64,000 nt of DNA, taken from positions 1 through 64,000 of the forward strand of contig NW_021832277.1 of NCBI RefSeq assembly GCF_006345805.1, given 5' to 3'. This document shows, in pieces, positions 50,733-64,000 of this stretch. Positions within the stretch are counted from its first letter, which is position 1, and every line of letters starts with the position of its first letter. The stretch is from Octopus sinensis. Taxonomy: Eukaryota. The notes under the pieces were generated by a model. That model made no database searches. It was not told where the DNA came from and saw only the letters and a list, made by a program, of their open reading frames with translations. Both the position numbers and the translations under genes were made by a program.

Positions 50733-53469
50733 TTAAAAAAGGAGATGTGGAACACGAGTTGTGATATATATATATATATAAATACTTACATATGTGCATG
50801 CATACATCTTATTACAAATACACGCATAATTATGCAGGATCCCACATCCGCTTACACACATTGCTTTGTGCAATCTAAAGTTTGTGGATTTAGAATTTAA
50901 AAGTGCAATGTAAATGTTTGATATGAGGATGTAGTCGTTTAGATTAATATCTGTTTATAATTATGCTTTCTTAATACCCCCGAAGCAATCTTGAAGATTG
51001 CTTGGAAGATATTCGAGTATAATTTCTTGTGACACCAGAAAGAAAGGAAAGAAACAAGAAATTGAAAAACAGAAATTGCAAAGGCTGTCATCTTACCATT
51101 TCTATGAAGTCACTTTTCAGGCTTCACGACAACAAGTTGTCTCATTCTTCATCAGACAAAGCATTTTCCAGTGTTTCCATGAATAGATGTTAGCTGCGTC
51201 TTTATTGTGGAGGTCAGGACGTTCGCTATAGATTTCACATCTTCATATTGATACACTACATTCCATCACAATAATATGTTACTTTTATGATGCATCCAAT
51301 AAGGGACGGAACTGATCTCTAATTGTAAAAGAGATTCTTCTTGGTGCAAAGATAGATTTTTCGCTATTTCCGTTGAGTGAAATAATTCTTATCCCCAGAC
51401 CCTTAGATATACGAATTCACTATCTTGTAAAATGTAAATTTGGTAGCCATTTTGTTAGCCCTTACGTAAATTCCGGTTGGGATTTTAAAACCACTGATGT
51501 AAGTATTCTACGCCGCTCACCAATTCTATTATCTCATTCGGTTCTCTTGCTTGCTAATCGATTACTTTAGAGAGAAACATTTCACACAATTGTGTAGGAA
51601 GAGTCCTTAAATAACAAGTTCAATAATGACAATGAGGTCATGCTTATGGTATATATACTGATTTGAGCGTATATAGACGAGCCTATATATTATTCTGTTG
51701 TTTTCAAGAAAATGTTGATATATATACGCACATATATATGTCAGTGTGTCCGTCTTTACAATGTAACTGGTAGATCGGGATAAGCATTAAGCAAATGTCT
51801 CAAAATTGAACGACATTTAATTTTATATAAACGGGATTGAGTAGTGAGGTTCATTGCTCTAACCAGGGCTACAAAAGTAAAACGGCTGAGTATTTGGCTC
51901 ACACGCACAGACAAGTTCAAATCTTCCTGCGGGAGAAGAACAATCTTCTGAATACAGAACATAATGACTTTTCTCTTTGGCTACAGCCGTCAAAATCATG
52001 TGGTGTTATAGAAACTTATGCACCAACGTCTCATGTTACTTTAACTAGCATGTGAATGCATATTTTGATATTTCCGAACGGAATGGCAAAGACAAAAACT
52101 GGAAGATCTACCAGTTATGATGCAAAAACAGCTTATGGGTATTTATGTGATCGAGAATTGATCAGAAATATTTCTGTTTCGTTTTGATCTCTTGAGAATG
52201 ACTAATGGATCTGAATAATGTTTCCGAATAATTTCATGTATGAGTTATCAGTTGCATTTCAAACAAAACGTCGTATTTCATGAATATCAAATCTTGGGGT
52301 AATTAGGAATTGATGAAATACTCCGACCTATTCAACTGCTCCTACGAGAAGTGAACGTTGTATATATTATTTGGGCATTTTTTTGTGGCATGTACAATTT
52401 TTTGGAATCAGAAGTTTTGTTGTCTTTAATAGGTTTTTCTTGTGTTCACACACGTGTGTGTGTGTATATATATACACACGCATACAATAACGTTCCTACC
52501 AAAATCCCTCTCTTCCCATTTCCCTCACTCAGTATGTATACATGTATATATATATATATATTAATATACCTATACACACACCTATATATATATTAATATA
52601 CATACAGAATTACATACATACAAGTATTCATACATATATACATGCATACATATACACATAAGTACATACATACACACACATATTAATATACATACATACA
52701 GGCATTCATAAATACATACATACATACATACATATATACATACATATATACATACATATATACATACATACATAAAAACATGCATGATCTCCCTCAAGTT
52801 CCAAATTGTGAATTTGTCTTTGGTAAATGCATCCCCAAAATGGAGTTTGTATCTTTGTTGGAAACCGGCTCCCTCCTCTTCAGTGGAAGATTTATAATAA
52901 TTAAAAAATAGAAGAGACATAATTACATACCTACATACATACATATATATATATAGGTATTCATACATACATACACGTACACAAACATGCACACACGCAC
53001 ATATACTAACAAATGTTGGATTGTATCAAACGAATGCGAACAGCAAAATCGCTAAGTCGTTACATCACAACTCTTTGCACCATTCTTCCATTCTGTGGTC
53101 CGAAAGATAATTCTCTGAGACTAGATTTAATGTCTATTAACGTTTCTTCGGAGCAATTTGTTGTGAATGCAGACTCGATCATCAGGCTGGAGAGTTACCT
53201 GACAGGTTGAACAGACGGAATCAATACTCATGTGTTAGTTTTTTCTTCTCGTAAATTAGCATACACAGACGCTTGCAAAAGTATACACATACACGGACAC
53301 ACAAATGCACACACACTTCTGTATATGTCTCTGCCTGTCTGTAAATGTGTATATCCATATATATCAATACACAACGTACTCACACACAAACATACACACA
53401 CACGCATATATACATATATAACTACTTTGATTTGCCTAATAGTGGTTTTATCTCTAATTTAATTTTATA

Positions 53470-53540
<71 letters not shown>

Positions 53541-53550
53541 TATATATATG

Positions 53551-53590
<40 letters not shown>

Positions 53591-54831
53591 GTGTGTGTGT
53601 GTGTCTGTATGTGTGTATAAATGCATGTATGTGTTTGTGTACGTATATACGTGTATTTGTGTGTGTATGTGTATGTATATATATTTTATAACATTATCTT
53701 TTGCCTCGAATGTGTTTTATCGTAAGAAGTTTTTGCCGATGATGTTAAAGTTGTATTTTTAAATTGACTCAATTTATATTTGAAGTCACTTAACGGAAAC
53801 GCCCCAAAAAAATCAATATATCTGCACTTTAAAGTACAATCAAATACATTTGTTTTCAATCAATTTACGAGGTGTCTAGATAGAATAATGACCTTCATGG
53901 AACTTTTACATCACACTTTTCTAAATGACGATAAAACATTTAATACTACTTTCTGTTATACTTGACTTTGAAGTGAAATGTTAGACTAAAGAAACAGCAT
54001 TTAATAAGAAACAAAATGGTGACCTTTTTTATCGTCGGCTCATGAAATAAATAGAGGTTTGTATTGAATTTAACATATTTGTTTGTTATTAAGTCTCCAC
54101 CATGTGGTACATGTGTCATATAATGTTGGTTACGGATGAAATGGTACGTGAAAGAATATAACAGATTTATTCCGTCTGAAATATGCCATGCGAATTGCGT
54201 TTACTTCCCAAGAGTCGAATCCTATTATTCTGTGACCAGAAGTTGAACACAAGCATATAAATCAATATTTAATTCTATAGGGTTTCGTTGTTCAAACCGG
54301 TAATACCTAATTTTGTTGCTGATGATTCGAGAGAACGACCCAAATACTGAATGTTGTAGACAAAGTTAACATCACTATTTACTTTTATTAATGATAAGAA
54401 TAGCATAGAGAAGCCAAAATATGTCATAATTAAGTTGAAATTCTGCGCAACAACGCCAATGAATTTCACATGATGTCCTCCTTTTTGTGTGTTTTTTTTG
54501 TTGTGTTTTCAAAGAATGTTATGAGCGAACGATTGACGGAAAACGTATCATTTAATCTAATTATTATTCGCATTAATCTGCCGTGTACAAAGTCTTCCTC
54601 AAAGGATCTGTATTCTTATGCTTATATTTATTCTTAGTCAAAAATAAACTCATTATAAACGGTGGCTGAAACCATTGTCTCTCTTGTGGTTCATTTCAGA
54701 TACATGGCGGTTATATTTAGTATCAGGCATTACAATCACCATTTTGACACAGAAGAGAGAAGTACAAATGGGCATAAAGGAATATCGATCGTGTCGTGGG
54801 CGACTTTACGTTGGAAATGTTAGCAAATGTA

Positions 54832-55233
54832 GGCGCAGGAGTGGCTGTGTGGTAAGTAGCTTGCTAACCAATCACATGGTTCCGGGTTCAGTCCCACTGC
54901 GTGGCATCTTGGGCAAGTGTCTTCTGGTATAGCCCCGGGCCGACCAATGCCTTGTGAGTGGATTTGGTAGACGGAAACTGAAAGAAGCCAGTCGTATATA
55001 TGTATATATATGTATGTGTGTGTCTGAGTTTGTCCCCCTAGCATTGCTTGACAACCGATAGCTGGTGTGTTTACGTCCCCGTCACTTAGCGGTTCGGCAA
55101 AAGAGACCGATAGAATAAGTACTGGGCTTTCAAAAGAATAAGTCCCGGGGTCGATTTACTCGACTAAAGGCGTGCTCCAGCATGGCCGCAGTCAAATGAC
55201 TGAAACAAGTAAAAGAGTAAAAGAGTAAGAGTA
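54832..55233 (+). mobile_element. SINE family B, full length
   Basis: Head GGCGCAGGAGTGGCTGTGTGGTAAG, CORE-like block, internal TA/TG tract and (AAGAGTAA)n tail. Confidence 0.92.
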
Positions 55234-55894
55234 ATTAAAGTCTTTCGAATTTCTTATTGTTTCCTTAAGTTTTCCGAGAAATGATTTACTCTGCATAGCG
55301 TTTTTGTCTTAATACATCAAGATAGCTAAGATGGATAAGAAGCCTTGCGGTTGATGTTCGTCCAGAAATCATTAACTTTGACATTACAGCTTTTACCTTA
55401 CATCACATCTCATTATTTCAATACCTTTTACTTTGTTCTTCTCATCTGCTTAATTATCGACCATTATTAGCATCCTTCACTTCTACAACTAAATTCATCC
55501 CTGCAGCCATTGCCAGTAATGATGTTCCAGCGTGTCATATTGCATATTACGGTGCCAACAATTGCTAATCACTTCACCAGTAATCATAAACAAAATATAG
55601 GTTCCACTGGCAGATATTGACGTTTGTGTGACAATAGAGTTGGCAAGTGATTCACGTTTCCATACTACTATTTTATTGATGATTTAACAATGATTTCTAT
55701 GTAAAAATTATGCTTTTAGTGTGAATTTGAGTTTTTCCCCCATGACCAGCAGAGAGATCCGGTAGAGTGAGCAAATATTTAAAAATACTAAGAATGGTTA
55801 AATATCCCAGTCATTTTTATCTACCATCAGGCAGACGTTTATGAGAAACTAAAAGAAATATATAGAATTTACCAATTAATAGAAGGCCAGCATT

Positions 55895-56070
55895 TTCCGG
55901 GCGGGAGCTGGCATCGATTTTATCGATCCCAGTGCTCAGCCGGTACTTATCTTATCATCTCCAGAAGAATGAAAGGCAAAGTCGACTTCGATAAAATTAG
56001 ATCTCAGAACGCAAAGACAGACGAAATGCCACTAAATATTTTACCCGGTGTACAAATGCGCCGCCTTAGC
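55895..56070 (-). mobile_element. Diverged family A SINE; another fragment at ~57700-57800
   Basis: GAATGAAAGGCAAAGTCGAC and CAGAACGCAAAGACAGACGAAATG are reverse complements of the family A core and head. Confidence 0.7.
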
Positions 56071-57359
56071 AGTCACATATACTACGAATATATTTTATTA
56101 AAAATTAATTTCCTTAACCAACACTCAAGATATCTGAACCCCAACGTTTGTAGTCCATTCACCTATTTCGTCTTAACATTTTAACATTTAAATATAGACA
56201 TGAGATGATAAAAACTATCATTCCAAATGGTTCTGGCTAATAAACGTACAATTGCTGATACATTCATGTTTTATTCCAGTGCAAATTGTTTGCTATATCG
56301 GTTATGAAGCATGCATAAACAAATACCACGGGATATTGATGTTCGCATACTCCTTCCTTGTATCAAGTGAGAAACATACTCCTTCCCAAGAGTCGAATCC
56401 TATTATTCTGTGACCAGAAGTTGAACACAAGCATATAAATCAATATATAATTCTATAGGGTTTCGTTGTTTAAACCGGTAATCTGTTACAGTTTTGTGTT
56501 TTGATCTTGCACACAAACCAATACCCGTACCATCCAATCTGGAACCGTTTTTGTAGGAGTTTTTTTCCTTTCCGTTCGGCGCCGTCTGATTTTTTCTAGT
56601 GAATAGTTTCATGTTATATCTATTTCCTAACTTCGTTAATCAGAGATAAGTGTATGATATTTGACTTGCCTAAAGACCCCAGGCAATTATTATATGTCTT
56701 CGAGAGAGACTCACAAGATTCATAAAGCAAAAGATTCATTGTATAACCGAGATCAATTGCATTGAGTAGATACATAATAAAACTATTTATTGCAGCTAAG
56801 CTTAACGTTCACACCAGTTCCGATACATATTGAGAGCTACTTGGCGAAATAAGAATAAATTTCTATGTTCGACTAACAGCTACAGGAAATGGCGACTATA
56901 GTTTTGAAAACACTCTCCTCTATGATTTGCATTGGATAATGAATATCTTCATTCATTCGCTGATTTCGGCTCTACAGAATAAAACCTTATCACTGAATCT
57001 CGAATTAAATTAAACTATACATTTATATGCTAGAATTTATCTCGCGTAAAGGATTCCGTCTCAATTATATGAAAGAGTGCTGCACCACAATTACACTGAG
57101 TTAGCTAGAAACGGCTGCTTTTTGCGTTCGCAATATTCTGCTGTGTGACTATTCCAGTGTAAACAGATAGACTCAGAGCAGCAATACAATGGCAGGACCT
57201 ATTAACGATTGCCATATCGATTATTGCATACACATCTGCTTTCGATACGTGATGCTTTCTTTTCTTTTTTTCCGTTTTATGTATATCCTATTATTTACGA
57301 GTCTGGAGAGCCACCTATAGGTTCTCTCTACGAAACAGTAAATGCTGATAACTACTTCA

Positions 57360-57620
<261 letters not shown>

Positions 57621-57983
57621 AGAATTTTTTGGGTGGGGAGGGAATGTGTGAGTGAGGGGGGATGGTCAATGGCATCGGTCGCAGTGTTTGATTGGTGCAT
57701 ATTTTACTGAAACCGAGAAGATGGAAGCTAAAGTCGACCTCGACGGAGTTTGAACTCAGAATGTAAAAATAAACGAAATAACTCTAAACATTTTGCCAAA
57801 TATCGTCCAGAATGATCATCTCGACTTGACTTGCATAGCTTACTCTCTCATACAGTCCTGGTGATGTATGTGTGTGTCTCTGTGTGTGTAACCTGACTGT
57901 TTCCTTTTCTCAATATGTAAATTATGCATACCACTTCAATATACATATATACAGATATACATACATGCACACACACACACACA

Positions 57984-58070
<87 letters not shown>

Positions 58071-58108
58071 CATATATATATATATATGTATATATGTATA
58101 TATATATA

Positions 58109-58140
<32 letters not shown>

Positions 58141-58158
58141 GATAGATAGATAGATAGT

Positions 58159-58194
<36 letters not shown>

Positions 58195-58201
58195 CAGATA
58201 T

Positions 58202-58265
<64 letters not shown>

Positions 58266-60503
58266 CTGTATATGTGTGCGTGTGTGGGTGTGCGTGTGCG
58301 TGTGTGGGTGTGCGTGTGCGTGTGTAGTATGTGTGTTTGCTCACATGTGTGTATGGATGTATGTATGTATATTGTTCCAAAATGAATGACTGTAATATTT
58401 AGATTGTATTCTGTTGACATTTTAATATATAAATCCGGAATCATTAGAAAACATAAAACTTAAACGCGTGGCATTTTCCTCTTGTGATGTCTACGGAGAC
58501 TTCCGTCTGACTTATGGAATCTAATTCTTATTGGTATAATCACGCACACCAACACACACACACACACACATATTACACCAAAACACACTCATGAGTATAT
58601 ATAAGTATAAAGAACCACACACACACATACATGCATATATATATATACACACACACACATATATATATAGTCTATATTAAATATATTCGCAGACACGCTC
58701 TACACCAGATAAACTGCTTTGTTAGCATTTATATATATAAAGAAATATATCGCTAATACATAATTAGAACTGCTGATTCGGTATCCTGATAGAAATATTA
58801 TTTCAGCATATAAATGAAACCAAAAAAATATTTTATATTTAGAAAAGAGTATAAAAATCTAATAAGATTATTAAAATGAAATCTGATACGATTTAGGAAA
58901 ATGAAACAGTTAAAATAAGAAATGCTAAATTTCTAAATCTCTCATAGAGACATGTACGGTGGTGGGGCGATAGAATGGTTGTATACTGTCAATCTAACAC
59001 GAACGTGACAGTAGGGGGGTACACCACAGTTAAAGATATCACTTAATACTCACTTCACTTCATTTATTGACTGGCATTCCAACTCCTAGAAATACCAGCC
59101 AAGTTCGCCAGACCCCACGATACTGTTTTAAAAAATAAATACCCCATCTGTCATGTCGATTTAAGGACTTAAAAAGATGTAATGGGAATGGTTATTTAGA
59201 ATGACTTCGAACAAGATCTAGTGTCTATGAAGGCTGACCTGGTGTTAAACAACAGCAACTATTACACATATGAGACAACGAGGGCTGCAGAAAGTACTAA
59301 ATCCGCCAGTCATCTAGCATTTGAATTTTAAAATTAAAACAAAGATATATAAGATAAAGTAGTTCTCCGTTTATAGAAATCAAAGTGGTGGTCATGAGTG
59401 GCAGGCATTCAATAACAATCGTGCCTCATCAAATGTGATCTTAAGTTGAACTACAACAAAATTACCAACAACCACAAAATGTCGTTGGTCCCTAAAATAT
59501 TTTCGATAATCCGAAAACATTATATCGCACTTGGCAAACATTTACGTAATAAAGCAATCTTATCCAAATCAAAATCCTACAAATTCTCCCGGATCCACTT
59601 ATCTACAAATACAAGAGTCCTTATTTCTTGATTGCACGAGTCTAAAGAGTCCTTATTTCTTGATTCTACGAGTCTAAAGATATTTTTTAGTATTCATAAA
59701 ACATTGTTGATATCGTCCACTTAAGTCAAAATAAAAATTGTAAATAGGCGCCATTTCAGTATGTAGGCATGCATAGCAAATTGTTACACACGTGCATCAT
59801 AACATATGTTCTCTCGTACTGGTAGTTTAACATACATACATACATACATACATACATACATACATACATACATACATACATACATACACATACACACACA
59901 CAGATGGTATATTGTCATCAAGTTTAGAATTAAAGTAACTTAGAAAACGGAAGTTGTCAAGAAAGTAAAAGCCGGTACATTAGTTCTTATCTTGAACTAT
60001 TTCCTATTGACATCTATAAACACGGAACACTTGACTGCGCAAATTGTATCTGAGGAAACATGAAAGGGATTTGATGCACTTCCAGGTGCAGTCAGTGTAT
60101 TAAACAAAAGCAGCTACGTAAACTTGACATCGCAATTTTTATCTACTTATTAGACATGATACCATACACTGAAGACATACACTGAAGTCTGGTGCACCTG
60201 CTCATCGTCATATACTAAATGTATAAATATAAGCAGTTACAGAAATGAGGTGGGGAGCATTCTCACTCATAATATTAAATAATCTTGGTCGAAGGTTTCT
60301 CTCAAAATTCCTGTAAAATGTATTACGTACCTACGTTAATTGTTCCAGTGACAGAGGAGAAATTGTACAGAACAACTCGAGTGATTTCCCTCGGAGAGAC
60401 TAACATAAGTTTAAAATATGAAAGAAGACATCCCTACAGAACAAGTGAGACATCTGCAGATATTCCACTCGCATTACATATACATATATATATATATATA
60501 TAT

Positions 60504-60590
<87 letters not shown>

Positions 60591-61284
60591 TAGGGTATAT
60601 ACTTGTAGTTACTAGATGAATAAGAGGACATAGCTAATGAAGAAACTGTTTCTACGAGTCAATAAATGATCTGTGAAAATATTTAAACCAGTTCAGAAAT
60701 TTAGTCTCTAATAAAAAAATAATCAAACATACAGATGTTTACGTAGAGATAATTAAGTCAAAATTGTCGACAATTTGCCCATCGTACCTTGTATATATAT
60801 ATATATAAATATATATATACAAACATACATACGTAAATGAATATATAGGTGTGAACAATTATATTTAATAAGACCATGCACACTCAGATATGAAGAAAAA
60901 TATCACTGCAGATACTGCCTCGGCGGAGAGATTCTGCTCAGAGAGAGGAGCTGCGTAACACAACACTGGCGTCATAATAATGAGGTAATCGCGAGTGTAG
61001 AACTCGTGGTTTTGTGTCGTTACACTTCATCAGTTACGGACAAAACGAACTCTTCATTTTGCACGCATCGTTAAACTCGTTCAGGTTTTTTTTTTTTTTG
61101 CAATTAACCTTTACGCTTTGACCCTCAACATCATATCAAATATTGGCTGATATTTAGTAAACAAATCACCGAAATCAAGAATATAGTCATTCTTTTAGTA
61201 ATATAATATAAGGTATCCTTACTCCTTCCTTTTCATGTCTCCTCGTCTTCCTTTAGTTTCTAATCACATCCACTCTTAATATTT

Positions 61285-61650
61285 GATTTTTCCAGTTTCA
61301 GCTAATGAGCTGTGGCCATGCTGGGGCACCGCCATTTGGTTTGCTAAAACGATTTTGCCTCATGGATGCTTTTTAGCAAACGCCATCTGATGCATGAGAG
61401 AGTTCGATGCAGCTGCCCTCATCTGCACCTCCTGCCGTGAAGTTGGTTCATCCGGGACACCTGACAGGAAGAGATCCAGTCCTACTTTAAAGACATCCGC
61501 ATCCACACCATGCAGGTCCCTCAGGTTCTTCGGGAGGATATTGAAGAGCTGTGGGCCTCTGAAGCCCAGGCTATCACAATATCTTGTCCTACATCCCCTA
61601 AATTTGGAGTCCTTGGTACTACGCAGTGGCGTCCGGTTCTGGCATTTGTG
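61285..61650 (-). mobile_element. CR1-like LINE 3' fragment including its 3' terminal stem-loop
   Basis: Encodes GPQLFNILPKNLRDLHGVDADVFKVGLDLFLSGVPDEP...RAAASNSLMHQ, typical of invertebrate CR1-group ORF2 C-termini. The 3' UTR ends GGCGGTGCCCCAGCATGGCCACAGCTCATTAGCTGAAAC. Confidence 0.8.
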
Positions 61651-62578
61651 TGACAATATAGAGATTTTATATTTACAGTTAGATTCGTCTTTGAATTTTC
61701 TTCAATAAAACCCCTTCTCTCTCTCTCTCTCTCTCCCTCTCTCTCATATCTCACTACTCTGCGCAATCTTCCTTTATATTTATACTCTCTCATTTTCTCC
61801 TCCCCATTCTCTCTTTACCCCACCTCTCACTCTCACACACTCTCTCTCTTTCTCTCTCTCTCTCACCCATTTCCCCTCTTTTTATCCTCTGTATTTTTTA
61901 CACCTCTGATGCCCAATTCCCGATAGGCGGCCAGCTTTACCAAAACTAATCTTATCGATTTTCGACAACCAATCAAATTAGGTATTTAGTTTGAAATATT
62001 CTGTAGCTTCCCAAGGGTAACCAAATTATATGTATATAAATGTACGTTCTCGGTTAAATCAGTTTGACTGACGAACCAAATGAGGAAACGCAGATACGCG
62101 CCACTGACGTTCCTGCTTCTAATGAATTTTAAATGCTGTTACACGAATCTATGTTTCGTATAAATACGTTGTTGTTCCTTGTAGAGTAGGAATTCGCGTG
62201 TTGCTGGTATGTGCGTGTAACTGTGTGCGAGTGTGTGATTATTGTGTGCGTGCAGCATATATGCATGCTTGTATGAATGTGTGTATGCGTTTGTGTTTGT
62301 GCCTCTGTTTGCGCTTGCATGTGGATGTGAAAAGAACAATAGGTTGGCAGGATTTCACACAAAATGCATTTCTGGTGTCAGCTGCGGATTTTTATGTACG
62401 AAACCTGAAGCGATGTCACCCTTGCCTCACGCCCTTGGTTCACGCCCATTTTGGCTTATGTATTGTGACGTATGTTTGCAATTTATTATGGCAGTGACAG
62501 AAAGATCAACCTATGTGTGCGTGTGTGTGTGAATGTGTGTGAGTGTGTATTGATAGACAGATAGAGAAACAGACAGAC

Positions 62579-62670
<92 letters not shown>

Positions 62671-62842
62671 GAGTTTCTTTATTGGCCACACAGAGCTGCA
62701 CACAGATAGGACAAGTTACAAGGTAGAGCTTTTCTTTTGGGGGAGAAAAAAAAGGTGGCGTGGGTTTTCGATCAGAAGGGATCGTAAAAGGGAAAAAAGA
62801 ACAAAAAAAAAGAAAGAAGGAAAAAAAGGAAAAGAAAAAAAA
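62671..62842 (-). mobile_element. Short 3' fragment of the same Tx1-like LINE, inside (GATA)n
   Basis: Aligns to 728-900 (AGTTTCTTTATT-GCCACAC-G-GCTGCACACAGATAG-ACAA-TTACAAGGTAGAGCTTTTCTTT); GATA arrays at 62550-62670 and 62843-62942. Confidence 0.9.
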
Positions 62843-62873
62843 GATAGATAGATAGATAGATAGACAGACAAAC

Positions 62874-62941
<68 letters not shown>

Positions 62942-64000
62942 TATTTGATCGACAGAGGTGTACATACATATATTCATTCATACATAAAGATAGAGTGAGG
63001 GAGATTATTTCTGCGCACCAATTTCCTACCACTTTTAAAGAATTTTATAAGACAAAACGCTTTGTAGATTACCAAGAATTGGCGTTTGGCCACAGATTCC
63101 ATATCCGCTCGTGCCACAATTCTGCTCAACTCCATTCTTTAAACGTCTGTTACACATGCTATGACTTTGCATACGTAATCACATATACAAGCACAGCCAT
63201 GTATGTGTGTGTTTCAGTGTGTATGTATGTGTGTGTCTATAAATGGCTGTGTGTATGTATGTAAATATCTACAAATAGGTGTATATGGGTAGTTTCCTGT
63301 AAGTTTATATGAATTGGCCGTTTGCAATACGACAATCGTCTCGGCCTTAATTATATCGATTATGAGGTATGTGATGTGCAATGCTAATCTGGTTAGTCTA
63401 TCTGTTTCGAATTGACTGCCGCCACTCACAAAATAAATATTTAGTCAACGTCAGTGAGACATTCATGACCAAATATTATTGTTATATACAACCAATGGCA
63501 AATCGATCACTTGTTTCTAATTGTTACCAGGGTAACCTTGTTACAGTTCATTACTTTAATTTCTTTGGTTTAGCAAAAATTTATTAGATAGTGCTTCTAC
63601 CGAAATGCCAAACGAATTTTGTAGACGCGATGGCTATGTGTGTGTGCGTGTGTGCGTGTGTGCGTGTGTGCGCATATGTGCTAACATTATTTGTAAGAAG
63701 CAATATAAAAACTTTTCTATTAATGTAGAAAGGAATATTCTTTATTATATGTTTTTACCTCATTCATGTCACCTCTAACTACATTATATTTTATCGAATA
63801 GGTAGAAAATTAACCAACCGATGACTCGTTTACACAAATTAGCATTATGTATACACACACGCGCGCGCGCGCGCGCGTTATATGTATATACGTTATTCCA
63901 TTGTTGGTCACGGACAATTTTAAAAAGTTATCCCTGGCTAAAAGTGCTCCAAGATATGTCTGAGAGTTGGAATATATTCAATAAATAAAATATATCTCTT

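Noticed and set aside
55430-55540. Cys-containing minus-strand stretches resembling LDLa repeats (also ~51250-51310)
   Set aside because: Interrupted by stops, incomplete cysteine spacing, and no coherent gene order with neighbouring candidate exons.
62084-62110. CTGACGA...GGAAAC hammerhead-like string
   Set aside because: No proper helix II closing pair, no NUH triplet and no helix I complementarity.

Overview
Eukaryotic, AT-rich, intronic or intergenic DNA packed with microsatellites (GATA, CATA/TATG, TA, CA, AAT, CAT, GGT, TAG, GAA). The SINE/LINE content looks like octopus (coleoid cephalopod); this is inferred from remembered repeat sequences, not from a search. No host protein-coding gene can be supported, and almost all ORFs in the track are translations of simple repeats. 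The recognisable content is mobile DNA: tRNA-headed SINEs of at least four families, 3' fragments of Tx1/L1-like, CR1-like and R4/Dong-like LINEs, a decayed RT fragment, a near full-length dead Tc1 element, a mariner 5' fragment, probable Penelope-like remnants and several fold-backs. Most notable: (1) a type I hammerhead ribozyme with an intact core (14640-14708) in the loop of a ~530 bp fold-back, plus several degenerate hammerhead-like motifs; (2) retroposons that appear to partition by microsatellite target, with a Tx1-like LINE twice inside (GATA)n and R4/Dong-like 3' ends inside (AAT)n; (3) two SINE-LINE 3'-tail partnerships visible within the window: one SINE family carries the Tx1-like LINE's 3' end, and another shares a CR1-like LINE's 3' stem-loop with compensatory base changes.
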